Counted from the first letter of the stretch, positions 19,928-31,370 are shown. The stretch: 64,000 nt of DNA from an uncultured Candidatus Rokubacteria bacterium (GCA_963758635.1 CAVWWD010000004.1:224001-288000); one strand, 5' to 3'. The notes: generated by a model from the letters alone, not told the origin. A program made the numbers and translations.

Positions 19928-20653
19928 TCAGGATCTCCGCCGGCGCACGAGGGCCAGCATGGCGACGCCGAGGCCGACCCATGCGAGCGATGCCGGCGCG
20001 GGGACCGACGCACGGACGCCGCCGGGGTGGCTCAGGCTGACGTGCAAGGTGTAGTCGAGTCCGACCTGGGTGCCGCCAGCGGAAAAGGAGGAGTCGCCGG
20101 GGGGGCAACCAACGAGAACCGAGCCACCGCTGAAGCCGTCCGGGCGCGTCAAGGTGATGCCAAACGCGCAAAAGGCGCTGGGGATGTTGGGGAACTGTGA
20201 CACCGCGATGGAGTAGGTGCCGGGTCCGGGCAGGGGGAATGGCCCGAGGAAGGAATCGAGCCCGCTGAAGGTTCCCGGATCCTGCGGGACGGAGTCGGCG
20301 TCGACGCCGATGCGGGTGCCGTTCGGCGTGAACAGCGAGAGCACCGTGTCGAAGCTGAACGGGAAGTTGTCGATGTCGAACAGCGCGGAGCCGCCGGTCG
20401 CGGTGAACGAGTAGAAGTCGACATCGGAGCCGCCGCCGGCGCCCGAGATCGTGGCCGTCGGGAATCCCGGCGGGGCGAAGACCGTCGCGGGCACCGGCGT
20501 CGTGAAGGCCGAGGACGGGATCGCCTGCGCGGTGGCGCGCGTGTTGTTGGTGGCCGTGCCATCGATCTCGAATTCGACGACCGGCGCGGCGAGGGCCGGG
20601 GTTCCCACGGCCACGGCCAGCGCGACGACGGCAAGTCCAGCGAGCGTTCGCAT
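19928..20653 (-). CDS. Secreted PPC/DVUA0089-like protein with a PEP-CTERM-like sorting tail
   Basis: Signal peptide; DVDFYSF, FDTVLSLF and GTYSIAVS motifs; ends VPAPASLAWVGLGVAMLALVRRRRS. Confidence 0.75.
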   Translation of the reverse strand: MRTLAGLAVVALAVAVGTPALAAPVVEFEIDGTATNNTRATAQAIPSSAFTTPVPATVFAPPGFPTATISGAGGGSDVDFYSFTATGGSALFDIDNFPFSFDTVLSLFTPNGTRIGVDADSVPQDPGTFSGLDSFLGPFPLPGPGTYSIAVSQFPNIPSAFCAFGITLTRPDGFSGGSVLVGCPPGDSSFSAGGTQVGLDYTLHVSLSHPGGVRASVPAPASLAWVGLGVAMLALVRRRRS

Positions 20654-20759
20654 GTGAGCCTCCCTTCGAGTGGTTCGCTCGTTTCGAGCCGTTCACTCCA
20701 GTGATCGCCGGAGGCCCCAGGGGCCGGGCCCCAGGGCCCCCGGCGCGGCGCCTCGACGA

Positions 20760-21419
20760 TCAGCGCGGCTGGGGCACGATCCGGATGTAGGGCTTCGGCG
20801 ACTTCCAGCCGCCCGGGTACTGCTTCTTCGCCTCCTCGTCCGACACCGCCGGGACGATGATCACGTCCTGGCCCTGCTTCCAGTTCACCGGCGTCGCCAC
20901 CTTGTGCTGCGCGGTCAGCTGGCAGGAGTCGAGCAGCCGCAGCACCTCGTCGAAGTTCCGCCCGGTGCTCATCGGGTACGTGAGCATGGCCTTGATCTTC
21001 TTGTCCGGCCCGATCACGAAGACCGAGCGGACCGTCGCGTTGTCCGCGGCGGTGCGGCCCTGCGCGGCGCCCGCCGTCTCCGCCGGGAGCATGTCGTAGG
21101 CCTTCGCCACCTTCATCTCCGGGTCGCCGACCAGGGGGTAGGTGAGCGCGTGCCCCTGGGTCTCCTCGATGTCCCTGGACCACCGCTCGTGATCGCTCAC
21201 CGAGTCCACGCTGAGGCCGAGGATCTTGCAGTTGCGCCGGTCGAACTCGGGCTTGAGACCGGCCATGTAGCCGAGCTCGGTCGTGCACACGGGCGTGAAG
21301 TTCTTCGGGTGGGAGAACAGGATCGCCCATCCGGTGCCGATCCACTGGTGGAAGTCGATCCGTCCCTGGGTCGTGTCCGCAGTGAAGTTGGGGGCCTCGC
21401 CGTTGATCCTGAGTGCCAT
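20760..21419 (-). CDS. 1-Cys peroxiredoxin (Prx6 subfamily)
   Basis: FSHPKNFTPVCTTE, YPMSTGRNFDEVLR and VATPVNW motifs; GGAGGT RBS. Confidence 0.95.
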   Translation of the reverse strand: MALRINGEAPNFTADTTQGRIDFHQWIGTGWAILFSHPKNFTPVCTTELGYMAGLKPEFDRRNCKILGLSVDSVSDHERWSRDIEETQGHALTYPLVGDPEMKVAKAYDMLPAETAGAAQGRTAADNATVRSVFVIGPDKKIKAMLTYPMSTGRNFDEVLRLLDSCQLTAQHKVATPVNWKQGQDVIIVPAVSDEEAKKQYPGGWKSPKPYIRIVPQPR

Positions 21420-21598
21420 GTGCCGTTACCTCCAGCGGTTGAGGGTGTGAAGGCTGATGCGTCGCGGCCATTCCGCGCGGAGCCACCATCGCGCCATGGC
21501 GTGATCGCGGCGTGATCGCCCGGCGCGCCTGCGGGCGGCGACGCCCCCGCGACGATCACGCCGCGTGCAATAATCGGTGGCCCCTCGAGACCCCCACG

Positions 21599-24500
21599 AT
21601 GACGTCGCGGCTCCGTCTCACCCTGCTTGGCGGCTTCGGGGCCCACCTGGGCTCCGGCGAGCCTGCCGCACTGCCCAGCCAGAAAGCGCGGGCGCTGCTG
21701 GCCTTCCTCGCCCTGCACGCCGGTCGGCCCCAGCCGCGGGCCAAGCTCATGGCGCTGCTCTGGGGCGAGTCGCCCGATCGCCAGGCCGCCCAGAGCCTCC
21801 GGCGCGCGCTCTACCTGATCCGGCGCGCTCTCGGGCGCGGCGCCGCCGGCGCGCTGGTGATCGACGGGGATGGCGTGTCCCTCGACGCCGCCGGGCTGGA
21901 GGTCGATGTCCTCGAGCTCGAGCGCCTGACCGCCGGCGACGCGCCCGGCGACCTGGAGCGCGCGACCGCGCTTCACCGCGGAGAGCTGCTCGAGGGCCTG
22001 GATGCCGCGTCGAGCCAGTTCGAGGGCTGGCTACGCGATGAGCGCTTGCGCGTCTTCGAGATGGCCGTCCAGGGCGCGGCCAGGCTCCTCGCCCATCATC
22101 TCCGCGACGGCCAGTACGAGGCGGCGGCCCGGGCGGCCGCGCACGTGGTCGCCCTGGATCCCGCGCAGGAGGCCGTGCACCGGGCGCTGATGCGCCTGCA
22201 CGCCGAGCACGGCCGGCGCGCCGCGGCGCTCCGGCAGTATCAGGTGTGCGTCGACGCGCTCCGGCGCGAGCTGGGCACGGAGCCCGAGCCGGAGACGACC
22301 GAGCTGTACCTGGAGATCCTGCGCGCCGCCCGCGCCGGCCGGCGCGGCGGCGGGAGCGGGACCGGACGAGGCGCCCCGCCCGGCCGGCGAGATCCCGCTC
22401 ATCGGACGCGACGCCGAGCTGGTGGCCCTGCGACACGCGCTCGACGAGGCCTGCCGAGGCCATGGCCGCCTCGTGGTGATCTCCGGCGAGGCGGGCATCG
22501 GCAAGACGCGCTTGCTGGCGGAGCTGCGCGTCGAGGCGGCGGCGCGCGACACGCGCGTGCTGCTCGGGCACTGTCACCAGACCGAGCAGGTGCTGCCGTT
22601 CCGCCCCATCATCGAGTGCCTCCGCGCCGGCGGGCTCGCCGCCGATTCCGCGCTGCTGGCCCAGCTGTCGCCGGCAACCCGGACGGACCTGGCCCGCCTG
22701 CTTCCCGAGCTGGCCGATCCCTCGGAGGCGCCGGCCGCGGGCGCCGCCGCTCACCTCACGTGGCTCTTCGAGGCGCTCCTCGCGCTGGTCGATCGCGCCG
22801 CCGCGCGCGAGCCCATCGTGCTCATGCTGGAGGACGTGCACTGGGCCGACGAGATGACGGCCCGCTGGCTCGCCTTCGCGGGACGCCGGCTCCCGGGGCT
22901 CCGCGCCCTGCTGGCGGTCACGATGCGCGACGAGGACGTGGAGGACGCCCCCACCCTCGCCATGGCGCTCGGCGAGCTGGCCGGCGCGCCGGGCGTCCTG
23001 CGCCTCGGTCTCGAGCCGCTGTCCGAGCGGGGCACGCGCGACCTGGTCGCCGTGCTGAGCCGCGCCCGCGAGCGGGCGGGCCGGGCGGTCTCCACGCAAT
23101 CGGGGGTGTGGCGGATCAGCGACGGCAACCCGTTCGTGATCGTCGAGGCCGTGCGGGAGATCCTCGAGCGCGGCGGGGCCGGGCTGATCGAGGAGGGAGG
23201 CGTGCCGCACCGCGTCCGCGAGATGATCGAGGCGCGGATGCAGCGGCTCGGCGAGCCGATCCGGCACGTCATGACGGTGGCCGCCGTCGCGGGCCAGCCG
23301 GTGGCGCTCGATCTCCTGAGCCGGGCGGCCGGGATGGGCGAGCGGGAGACCGCCGAGGCGGTGGAGCAGCTCGTGCGCCGGCGCATCCTGCACGGCGTGG
23401 AGGAGCGGCTCGACTTCGCCCACGATCGCATCCGCCAGACCGCCTACCAGGCCGTGCTGCCGGCGCGGCGGCGCGCGCTCCATCGCGCGGTGGGGGAGGC
23501 GCTGGAGGCGACCGCGAGCGGGCCGCGCGCGGACCTGGAGGATCGGCTCGCGCATCACTTCTCCCAGGCGGGCGTGGCCGACCGCGCGGTGGCCTACCTC
23601 GCCCGCTTCGCCGAGACGGCGCGGCGGAGGAACGCGCTCGACGAGGCGACGCGTTCGCTGGACCGGGCCCTGGCCATGGTGGACGAGCTCGGGGACGTGG
23701 AGCGAGATCGGGTTCGCCTCGACCTGCTCGTGCGCAAGGCGTTCCTCCTCGCGCTGGGCAACCGCCCTCGCGAGGTGCTGACGCTCCTGGCCCCGCACCG
23801 CGACCTGGTCGAGTCGCTCGGCGATCCCGCCGCCGCGGGGCCGTACCTCTTCCGTCTCGGCATGAGCTACGCGCAGCTGGGCGACGCGGGGGAGGCGGAG
23901 CGCCTCGGCCGGCGCACGGTGGAGGAAGGCACGCGGGCGCGGGACACGACGACGATCGGCCTCGGGCATCACCTGCTGGCCTTCCGCGCGCACCTCGGCG
24001 GCCACCGGTTCCGCGAGGGCGCCGAGCACGCTCGCCAGGCCGTGGCGCATCTCGAAGGGGCCGGCGAGACGCACTATCGCGGGCTCGCGTACTGGGTGCT
24101 CTCCCACCACCTCCTGTACCTGGGCCAGTTCGGGCCCGCGCTGGAGGCGGTGGGCCGGGTCGAGGCCATCGCCGAGCGACTGCGCGAGCCGCGCCTCTAC
24201 AGCTTCGGCGCCGTGCGGAGCTTCATCCTGGCCAGCCGCGGCGAGTGGGAGGAGGCGGTGCGCCACGGCGAGCGCGCCCTCGGGCGCGCCGTGGACCCCG
24301 TCAGCGCCGCCGTCGCCCTGTCCGCGCTGGGCTATGCGCACGCGCAGGGTGGCGACGCCGACCGGGCCGTCTCCGCCTTGGTCGAGGGCCGGGACAACGT
24401 CCGGCGCCTCTACGTGTCCCGGGCGACCGATGCGCGATTCAGCGCGTTCCTGGCCGACGCCTACCTGCTCAAGGGTGACGCCGCCGAGGCGCGCGTCGTC

Positions 24501-24833
24501 GCGCTCGAGGCCCGCGAGTTCGGACGCGAGGGCGGCTACGAATGGGGCGAGGTCTGGGCCGAGCGCGCCCTGGGCCGCGCCGCGCACGCGCTCGGCGATC
24601 CGGCCGCCGGGGTGACCCACCTGCGCGCCGCGCGCGAGCGCTTCGCGGCCCTGGAGGCCGCCTTCGAGACGGCGCGCACCGCGTTCCACCTGGCGGAGGC
24701 GCTGTCCGCGGTCGGCGACGCGGCGGCGGCGGCGGTCGCGGCGGGCCAGGCGCAGGACGGCTTCGCCGCGCTCGACGTGCCGATCTGGACCGCGCGCGCG
24801 GCCGAGCTGGCCCGGCGGCTCGCGCCGGGATGA
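21599..24833 (+). CDS. SARP/BTAD-domain transcriptional regulator with AAA ATPase and TPR regions; frameshift near 22340-22390
   Basis: LRLTLLGGF and ALLAFLAL (wHTH); BTAD (DPAQEAVHRALMRL); GEAGIGKT Walker A; LEDVHWAD; GNPF; FAHDRIR. Confidence 0.9.
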
Positions 24834-24843
24834 GCGCGATCAG

Positions 24844-26031
24844 CTACCGCGAGATGCTGAGGCGCTCGCGGCCGTAGTTGTCCTCGTCGTGCCAGGGCTT
24901 GCCCTCGGCGAAGCGCGAGGCGCGGAACGGCGCCAGGTCCACGAGCCCGGGCTTGCCCTCGACGATCCACTCGGCGAGGCACCGGCCGATGGCGGGCGAG
25001 GTCTTGAACGACGTGCCCGAGTCGCCGAGCATCACGTAGAGGCCGTCGGCGCCGGGCGCGCGGTCGATGATCGGCCGGCCGTCGGGGCTCATCATGATCA
25101 TGCCCGCCCATCCGCCGCGCATCGTGGCCTGGCTGAAGGCGGGGATGCGCGCGGAGAGCTTCTCCCGGCAGAGCCCGACGTAGTCGGCGTCCACGCCCTC
25201 GTCGAACTTGTCCGGGTCGTCGTCGGCCTGGTGCACGCCGAGCTCCACGCCGATCAGCGTGGCCTGGGCGCCCTCCGGCCGCATCCAGGACTTGTGCACG
25301 GCGTCGATGATGACGGGATGCCGGACCTGCCAGCCCGCGGGCCAGCGGAACACCGAGATCTGCACGCGATGGGGCAGGAGGCCCAGCTCGAAGCCGAGCG
25401 GGGCCAGGAGCCGGCTCGACCACGCGCCGGGCACGGCCACGACCACCGGGCTGTCGATGCGGCCCTGGGTCGTCTCGACGCCCGCCACCTTCCCGCCGGC
25501 CACGAGCACGCGCGTCACCTCGCAGTGCGTGCGGATGGTCGCGCCGTTCCGCCGCGCCGCCTCCGCGAACGAGTAGGCGGTGGCGTTCGGGTCGGCGAAG
25601 CCGGAGTCCGGCTCGTACGCGACCGCGCCGATGTCGTCCACGCGGCAGCCGGGCACGAGCCGCGCGACGTCGTCCGTCCCCACCTCGCGCGTGTTGATGC
25701 CGAGCGCCTGCTGCCGCGCCACGTTCCGCCGGAGGGCGGCCTCGTAGCCGGCGGGCACGAGCTGGAGGAAGCCCGCGCGCTCGAAGCCGCAGTCGCCGCC
25801 CACCACGTTGGCGAAGTCGTGGAAGACCTTCAGGCTCTCGTGGGCGAGGCGCGACTCGGTCTCGTTGGTGTAGTGCATGCGGACGAGGGAGCCGGACTTC
25901 CCGGTGGCGCCGGCGGCAAGCTGGCGGCGCTCCACCAGCGTGACGTTCTTGACGCCGAGCCGGGTCAGCTGGAAGGCCGTGCTGGTGCCGTTGGCGCCGC
26001 CTCCGATCACGATCACGTCCGCGTGTGGCAT
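24844..26031 (-). CDS. FAD-dependent oxidoreductase (DAO / sarcosine oxidase beta-like)
   Basis: DVIVIGGGANG, GATGKS, GWAG...SPDGRPII and SGTSFKTSPAIG motifs. Confidence 0.9.
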   Translation of the reverse strand: MPHADVIVIGGGANGTSTAFQLTRLGVKNVTLVERRQLAAGATGKSGSLVRMHYTNETESRLAHESLKVFHDFANVVGGDCGFERAGFLQLVPAGYEAALRRNVARQQALGINTREVGTDDVARLVPGCRVDDIGAVAYEPDSGFADPNATAYSFAEAARRNGATIRTHCEVTRVLVAGGKVAGVETTQGRIDSPVVVAVPGAWSSRLLAPLGFELGLLPHRVQISVFRWPAGWQVRHPVIIDAVHKSWMRPEGAQATLIGVELGVHQADDDPDKFDEGVDADYVGLCREKLSARIPAFSQATMRGGWAGMIMMSPDGRPIIDRAPGADGLYVMLGDSGTSFKTSPAIGRCLAEWIVEGKPGLVDLAPFRASRFAEGKPWHDEDNYGRERLSISR

Positions 26032-26177
26032 TGGGGGACTCCTTCTCTCACATTTTCCACGTGGCGCGGCCCTGGAACTGCCCACGCGGGTCACATCGCG
26101 CGTGTGCGTCCTGGCGCCAGACCCGTCACGCGGGCGTGACAGACCGCCGGCATTGTGCCACGGGCGGCCGCGTGGTT

Positions 26178-27200
26178 CTATATAGAAGGGGCGCCGTCGC
26201 CCAGGACCACGCGGCGGGCGGCGCGGTCGAAGCCGCGCGGCTGGGCCTCCCGCGCGACCCGGGCGGCAAAGGCGCTGGGGGTCGCGTCGATGTCGCGTTG
26301 GGCGGCGCTTTCGATGGCCGCCGAGTAGGTGACCGAAGCTGCATCGCGCACGGGGGTGCCCTCGGCGTCGCGCCCCTCCGCGCTCCAGACCGTGGAGAGT
26401 TTGACTTCACGCGTCTTGGCCGAGCCGTCGGGCGGCTCGCCGGGGCGCCCCTGCAGCTCCGAGGCGCGCATGGGCACGCCCGTGCAGTCCAGGCCGAGGT
26501 ACAGCGTGGCGCCACGGCCTCGGTGGCGGCGGGCGCCTCCACGACCGCGCGTTCGTCTTGGGCGATCGCGCGCCCCAGGGCTTCGGCCGCGCGCTCCACG
26601 TGCTTGGTGAGGAAGGCCACGCCGGCCAACTCCCGCACGAGCTCGTGGCCCTCCTGGAAGCTGACGAGGGCGCCGACGAGCCCCACCATGCGCAGCACCC
26701 CGGGCGACAGCGAGGCCCCCGTGACCCCGAGCGCCGCATCGCGCGGGCAGAACCCCGCCGCACAGGGGCCGCAGTGAAAGTACGCGCGCTCGATCCGCAG
26801 CGGCCCCAGGACGCTGATCACGGTCTTGGTCCGGCGGTCGACATAGCGCGCCGGGGCGCTGCAGCGGGGGCACGGCGCCGGACCGCCGCCGGCGTCCGAG
26901 GTGTCCGCGTTGATCCGTTGCTCGACGGCGCGCGCCGCGACCCGCAGCGCCTCGCGGCGGGCCGCCTGCTCGATCGCCTCGAAGTCCCACTCCGCGACGG
27001 CGTCGGAGCCGACGAGCGCGGTCGATCTCCGCGACGACTTCCGTCGTGACGGCCGCCTGGAGCCCCCTTTTTCGGCCGCGTCGGTCGCGGCCTCCCCGTC
27101 CAGGTGGGCATCGGCCCACTGCTCGCAGGCCTCCCAGAAGGCATCGACGTGGCGACGGAACTGCTGCCCGGCCGCGATCTGCTGCCGTGTGCCGGTAGGG
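26178..27200 (-). mobile_element. Degenerate, truncated ISKra4-family insertion sequence (partial transposase plus 3' part of the upstream ORF)
   Basis: LGPLRIERAYFHCxxC, SFQEG, LYLGLDCTGVP, KTREVK and RRVVLGDGAP motifs, then a stop. GAAAAAGGGGG junction between the overlapping ORFs near 27063-27073. Confidence 0.8.
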
Positions 27201-27207
27201 CGCCGGC

Positions 27208-27236
27208 TTGACTCCGCCCGGGAAACGCTCTATAAC
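27208..27236 (+). promoter_or_regulatory. Sigma-70 promoter for the ABC transporter operon
   Basis: TTGACT-N17-TATAAC about 85 nt upstream of the ATG. Confidence 0.7.
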
Positions 27237-27319
27237 TCAACACGATTTCATCGGCCGGAACCCGGCCGGGCCCGTCAGCGTTGACCGTAGGAACCACCAA
27301 TCGTCGATCCACGGAGGGT

Positions 27320-28870
27320 ATGACCATGAAGCTTTCGCGACGCAAGCTCCTGCAGGGCGCCGCGGCCGCCGGCGCCGCCGCCGCGGCTGGCCCGCTGGCC
27401 CGCCCGGCTCACGCCCAGAGCACCCAGAAGCGCGAGCTGGTGGTGGGCCAGGGCGGCGACATCGCCTACCTGGATCCGCACCTCAGCACCTCGTCGAACG
27501 ACATCCGCGTGTCGTTCAACCTCTACGACAACCTGACGAGCCGCCGCCCCGACGGCAAGCTGGCCCCGGGCCTCGCCACGGAGTGGAAGCTCCAGGGGCA
27601 GACCGCATGGGTGTTCAAGCTGCGCTCCGGCGTGAGGTGGCACAACGGCGATCCGTTCACGTCGGCCGACGCGAAGTTCAGCATCGAGCGCACGCTGGAC
27701 ACCAGCCTCAAGGGCAACCGCGTGAGCACCGTCCTCACCACGGTGGAGCGCGTCGAGGCGCCCGACCCCGCGACCGTCATCGTCCACACCAAGAAGCCCG
27801 ACCCGCTGCTGCCGGCGCGGCTCGGCTTCTATGGCGGCCAGATGGTCCCGAAGAAGTACATCGAGGGCGTGACCGCGGAGACGTTCAACCTGAAGCCCGT
27901 GGGCACCGGCCCGGTGCGCTTCGTGTCGTGGACCAAGGACGACCGCGTGGTGCTCGAGGCCAACGGCGACTACTGGGGCGGCAAGCCCGACTTCGATCGG
28001 CTGATCATCCGCGCCGTGCCGGAGATGGCCCCGCGCGTGGCCGCCCTCATCAAGGGCGAGGTGGACATCGTCACGCAGCTCCCGCCCGACCAGGGCGAGC
28101 GCGTGAAGGCCAACGCGAGCACCACGGTGGCCGGCGCGCTCTACGGCGGCCTCTACGTCCTCGCCGTGAACTCGAAGCGGCCGCCGCTCGACAACCCGCT
28201 CGTGAAGCAGGCGCTGTCGCTGGCCATCGACCGCGAGCTGATCATCAAGGAGCTGTGGCGCGGCCGCGGCATCGTGCCGAGCGGCATGATCGCCAAGGGC
28301 GACAACCACTTCGACGCCTCGCTGCCCGCGCTCGCCTACAACCCCACGGAGGCGAAGGAGCGGCTCAAGAAGGCCGGGTACAAGAACGAGGAGATCTTCA
28401 TCGAGACCACCGCCGGCTACCTCGCGGGGGACAAGCCCATGGCCGAGGCCGTCCAGGCGATGTGGAAGGACGTCGGCGTCAACGCCAAGGTCGAGGTGTT
28501 CGAGTTCTCCGTGCGGTCGCAGAAGATGCGCGACAAGAGCTTCAAGGGCATGTACTGGTCGGATCCCACCTCCACGCTCCGCGATCCCGACGGCATGGTC
28601 TGGCGCCTGATCGGGCCGGGCGGCCCCCAGGACTACTGGCGGCATCCGGAGTTCGACGAGCTGGGCGCCGCCGCTCGCTTCTCGGTGGACGAGAAGTTCC
28701 GCGGCGACGCGTACAAGAAGATGACCAAGGTCTTCCTCGAGCACTTCCCCTGGATTCCCGTCGTCCAGCCCTACGAGGACTACGGCCTGCAGAAGCACGT
28801 GGAGTGGACGCCGGACCCGCTGCAGCAGCTCGAGATCCGTCGCTTCAACTTCAAGTTCCGCCGGGCCTGA
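27320..28870 (+). CDS. ABC peptide/nickel-family substrate-binding protein (SBP family 5), Tat signal
   Basis: SRRKLL...AHA signal; LDPH, PGLATEW, FKLRSGVRWHNGDPFTSADAKFS and PVGTGP motifs. Confidence 0.93.
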   Translation: MTMKLSRRKLLQGAAAAGAAAAAGPLARPAHAQSTQKRELVVGQGGDIAYLDPHLSTSSNDIRVSFNLYDNLTSRRPDGKLAPGLATEWKLQGQTAWVFKLRSGVRWHNGDPFTSADAKFSIERTLDTSLKGNRVSTVLTTVERVEAPDPATVIVHTKKPDPLLPARLGFYGGQMVPKKYIEGVTAETFNLKPVGTGPVRFVSWTKDDRVVLEANGDYWGGKPDFDRLIIRAVPEMAPRVAALIKGEVDIVTQLPPDQGERVKANASTTVAGALYGGLYVLAVNSKRPPLDNPLVKQALSLAIDRELIIKELWRGRGIVPSGMIAKGDNHFDASLPALAYNPTEAKERLKKAGYKNEEIFIETTAGYLAGDKPMAEAVQAMWKDVGVNAKVEVFEFSVRSQKMRDKSFKGMYWSDPTSTLRDPDGMVWRLIGPGGPQDYWRHPEFDELGAAARFSVDEKFRGDAYKKMTKVFLEHFPWIPVVQPYEDYGLQKHVEWTPDPLQQLEIRRFNFKFRRA

Positions 28871-28921
28871 GCCCGGGGCCGGGCCGGGGCGCCGGAAGCG
28901 CGCGCCCCGGCCCGGTGGCTC

Positions 28922-29849
28922 ATGCGCGCCTTCCTCGTCTTCCTCGCCGGTCGCGTCGGTCGCGCCCTCGTCGCGCTGTGGCTGGTGTCCACCGTCGTCT
29001 TCGTGGTGATGCGGCTGTCCGGGCGACCCCGTTCCGCTGCTGCTGCCCCCCGACGCGCCGCGCAGCGAGATCTTCCGCGTGCGCGCCGAGCTGGGCCTCG
29101 ACCGGCCGCTGCCCGTGCAGTACGGCGTCTTCCTCGGCAACGTGCTGCGCGGCGACTTCGGCCAGTCCATCCGGGTCAAGTCGACCGCGCTCGCCGTGGT
29201 GGTGGAGCGGCTGCCCGCGACCCTCGAGCTGGGCCTCACCGCGTTCGGCCTCGCCATCGTCGTCGCCATCCCCATCGGCGTGCTCTCCGCCGTCCGTCGC
29301 AACACCCTGATCGACCACGCCGCGATGACCCTCGCCCTCGTGGGCCAGTCCGCGCCCACGTTCTTCATGGGCATCCTGTTCATCCTGCTCGTGTCGGTGA
29401 AGGCGGGGCTCCTGCCCACGTCCGGCCGGGGCACGTGGCAGCAGCTCGTGCTGCCCGCGGTGACCCTCGGGCTCTTCGCGATGGCGTCGGTGGCCCGGCT
29501 CACCCGCTCGGCCGTGCTCGAGGTGCTCCACGCCGACTACATCCGCACCGCCCGCGCCAAGGGCCTCGCCGAGACCCTCGTGGTCGCCAAGCACACGCTC
29601 AAGAACGCGGCGATCCCCATCGTGACCATCACCGGGCTGCAGTTCGGCGGCCTGCTCGCCGGCGCCGTGGTGACGGAGACGGTGTTCGCGTGGCCCGGCA
29701 TCGGGCGCCTCGCCATCCAGTCGATCTACAACCGCGACTATCCCGTCGTGCAGTGCGTGGTGTTCCTGTCCGCGGCGATGTTCGTGGTCGTCAACCTCGT
29801 CATCGACATGATCTATGGCCTCCTCGATCCCCGCATCCGCGTCCGGTGA
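28922..29849 (+). CDS. ABC peptide transporter permease (DppB-like); frameshift near 29022
   Basis: LGLDRPLPVQY, RLPATLEL, DYIRTARAKGL and DPRIR motifs. Confidence 0.92.
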
Positions 29850-30723
29850 TCTCGCCGTCGCCTCCGCCGCGCGGGCGGCGGGGCGTCGCTCCCGGCGCGC
29901 GCGTCGGCTGACCGCGGCGGGGCTCGGCTTCGTCCTCCTGCTCACGGCGGTGGCGCTGGCCGCGCCGTGGCTCGCGCCCCAGGACCCCACGCGGCAGTCG
30001 CTGCGCGCGCGGCTGGCGGCGCCCACCTGGGAGGCGCCGGACGGGAAGTCCCATCTCCTCGGCACCGATCACCTGGGCCGCGACGTCCTCTCGCGGATGG
30101 TGTACGGCTCGCGCGTCTCGCTGCTGGTGGGCTTCGCCGCCGTGCTCGTGGGCGGCCTCGTGGGTTCGGCCCTCGGCCTCGTCGCCGGGTTCCGCGGCGG
30201 CTGGGTCGACACCGCGATCATGACGGTGGCCGACGCCCAGCTCGCGTTCCCGTTCATCCTGCTCGCCATCGGCATCATCGCCGTGCTGGGCCCCAGCTTC
30301 CCGACGCTGATCATGGTCATCGGCCTGTCCGGCTGGGTGTCCTACGCGCGCATCCTGCGCTCGCAGGTGCTCGGCCTGCGCCACCGCGAGTTCGTGGACG
30401 CGGTGCACGCGCTCGGCGGCGGCGCGCTCCGCATCATCTGGAAGCACGTGGTCCCCAACGTGCTCTCGTCGCTGGTAGTCATCGCCACGCTCGAGCTGGC
30501 CCGGGCCATCGTGCTCGAGGCGACGCTCTCGTTCCTGGGCCTCGGCGTCCAGCCGCCCACGCCGTCGTGGGGCGGCATGGTGCAGGAGGGCCGCGAGCAC
30601 CTGGACTCGGCCTGGTGGATCTCGACCTTCCCCGGGATCCTGCTCATGATGACGTCGATCGTGGTGAGCCGCACCGGCGACTGGCTGCGCGACCTCCTCG
30701 ACCCCACGCTGCGCGGCGAGTAG
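29815..30723 (+). CDS. ABC peptide transporter permease (DppC-like)
   Basis: HLLGTDHLGRDVLSR, EFVDAVHALG, EATLSFLGLG, PSWG and GDWLRDLLDP motifs. Confidence 0.93.
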   Translation: MASSIPASASGDLAVASAARAAGRRSRRARRLTAAGLGFVLLLTAVALAAPWLAPQDPTRQSLRARLAAPTWEAPDGKSHLLGTDHLGRDVLSRMVYGSRVSLLVGFAAVLVGGLVGSALGLVAGFRGGWVDTAIMTVADAQLAFPFILLAIGIIAVLGPSFPTLIMVIGLSGWVSYARILRSQVLGLRHREFVDAVHALGGGALRIIWKHVVPNVLSSLVVIATLELARAIVLEATLSFLGLGVQPPTPSWGGMVQEGREHLDSAWWISTFPGILLMMTSIVVSRTGDWLRDLLDPTLRGE

Positions 30724-31370
30724 TGGCGCGCTCGCTCCGGCTGATCGAGCACGACCTGGCTCCCGGCGCCGGCCTCTCGCTGCCCGCCGCGGTGCGCGTG
30801 CTCTTCGCCGCCACCGGCGAGGCGACCGTCACGAGCGCCGGCGCCGCACGACCGCTCGACGCCGGCCATGCCTGGCACGGCGCCGGGAGGCGTGTGGAGT
30901 GACAACCGCCTCGGGCGCGCGACTGCTCCGGTTCGAGCTGGTGCGCCAGCCGCCTCCGCCGGTGGGCGAGGGCCGCGCCATGCTCGAGCATCCGCTGGCG
31001 CTGTCCGGCGAGGACGCCTGGCTGATCCGCTGCGACCGCGTCGACTTCGCCCCGGCCGGCGTCGCCCTGCCGCACCGCCACCGCGGCGGCGGCATCCGCA
31101 GCCTGCTCCGCGGCTCGCTGACCGTGACCGTCGGCGACGGCCCGCCGCGCGCTGATGCGTCCCGGCGATCCATGGTTCGAGAGCGGCCGCGAGCCCGTCC
31201 TCGCGGTCGCGGCGCCCGACGCGGACACCAGCTTCGTCCGCGTCTCCATCCTCCCCGCCGAGATCCAGGGCCGATCGTCCATCCTCTACGTGGACCCCGC
31301 CGACGCCACCCGCAGCCGCCCCCGCACCTACACGGTCTACGTCGACGAGATCCTGAAGCATCTGCCCTGA
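30724..31370 (+). CDS. Cupin-like hypothetical protein; two frameshifts
   Basis: ORF pieces join: RCDRVDFAPAGVALPHRHRGGGIR...PGDPWFESG...SFVRVSILP. Confidence 0.65.

Noticed and set aside
21599..24833. SARP-type regulator as a marker of a biosynthetic gene cluster or NLR-like defence system
   Set aside because: No biosynthetic core genes or effector domains nearby; this regulator architecture is common on its own.
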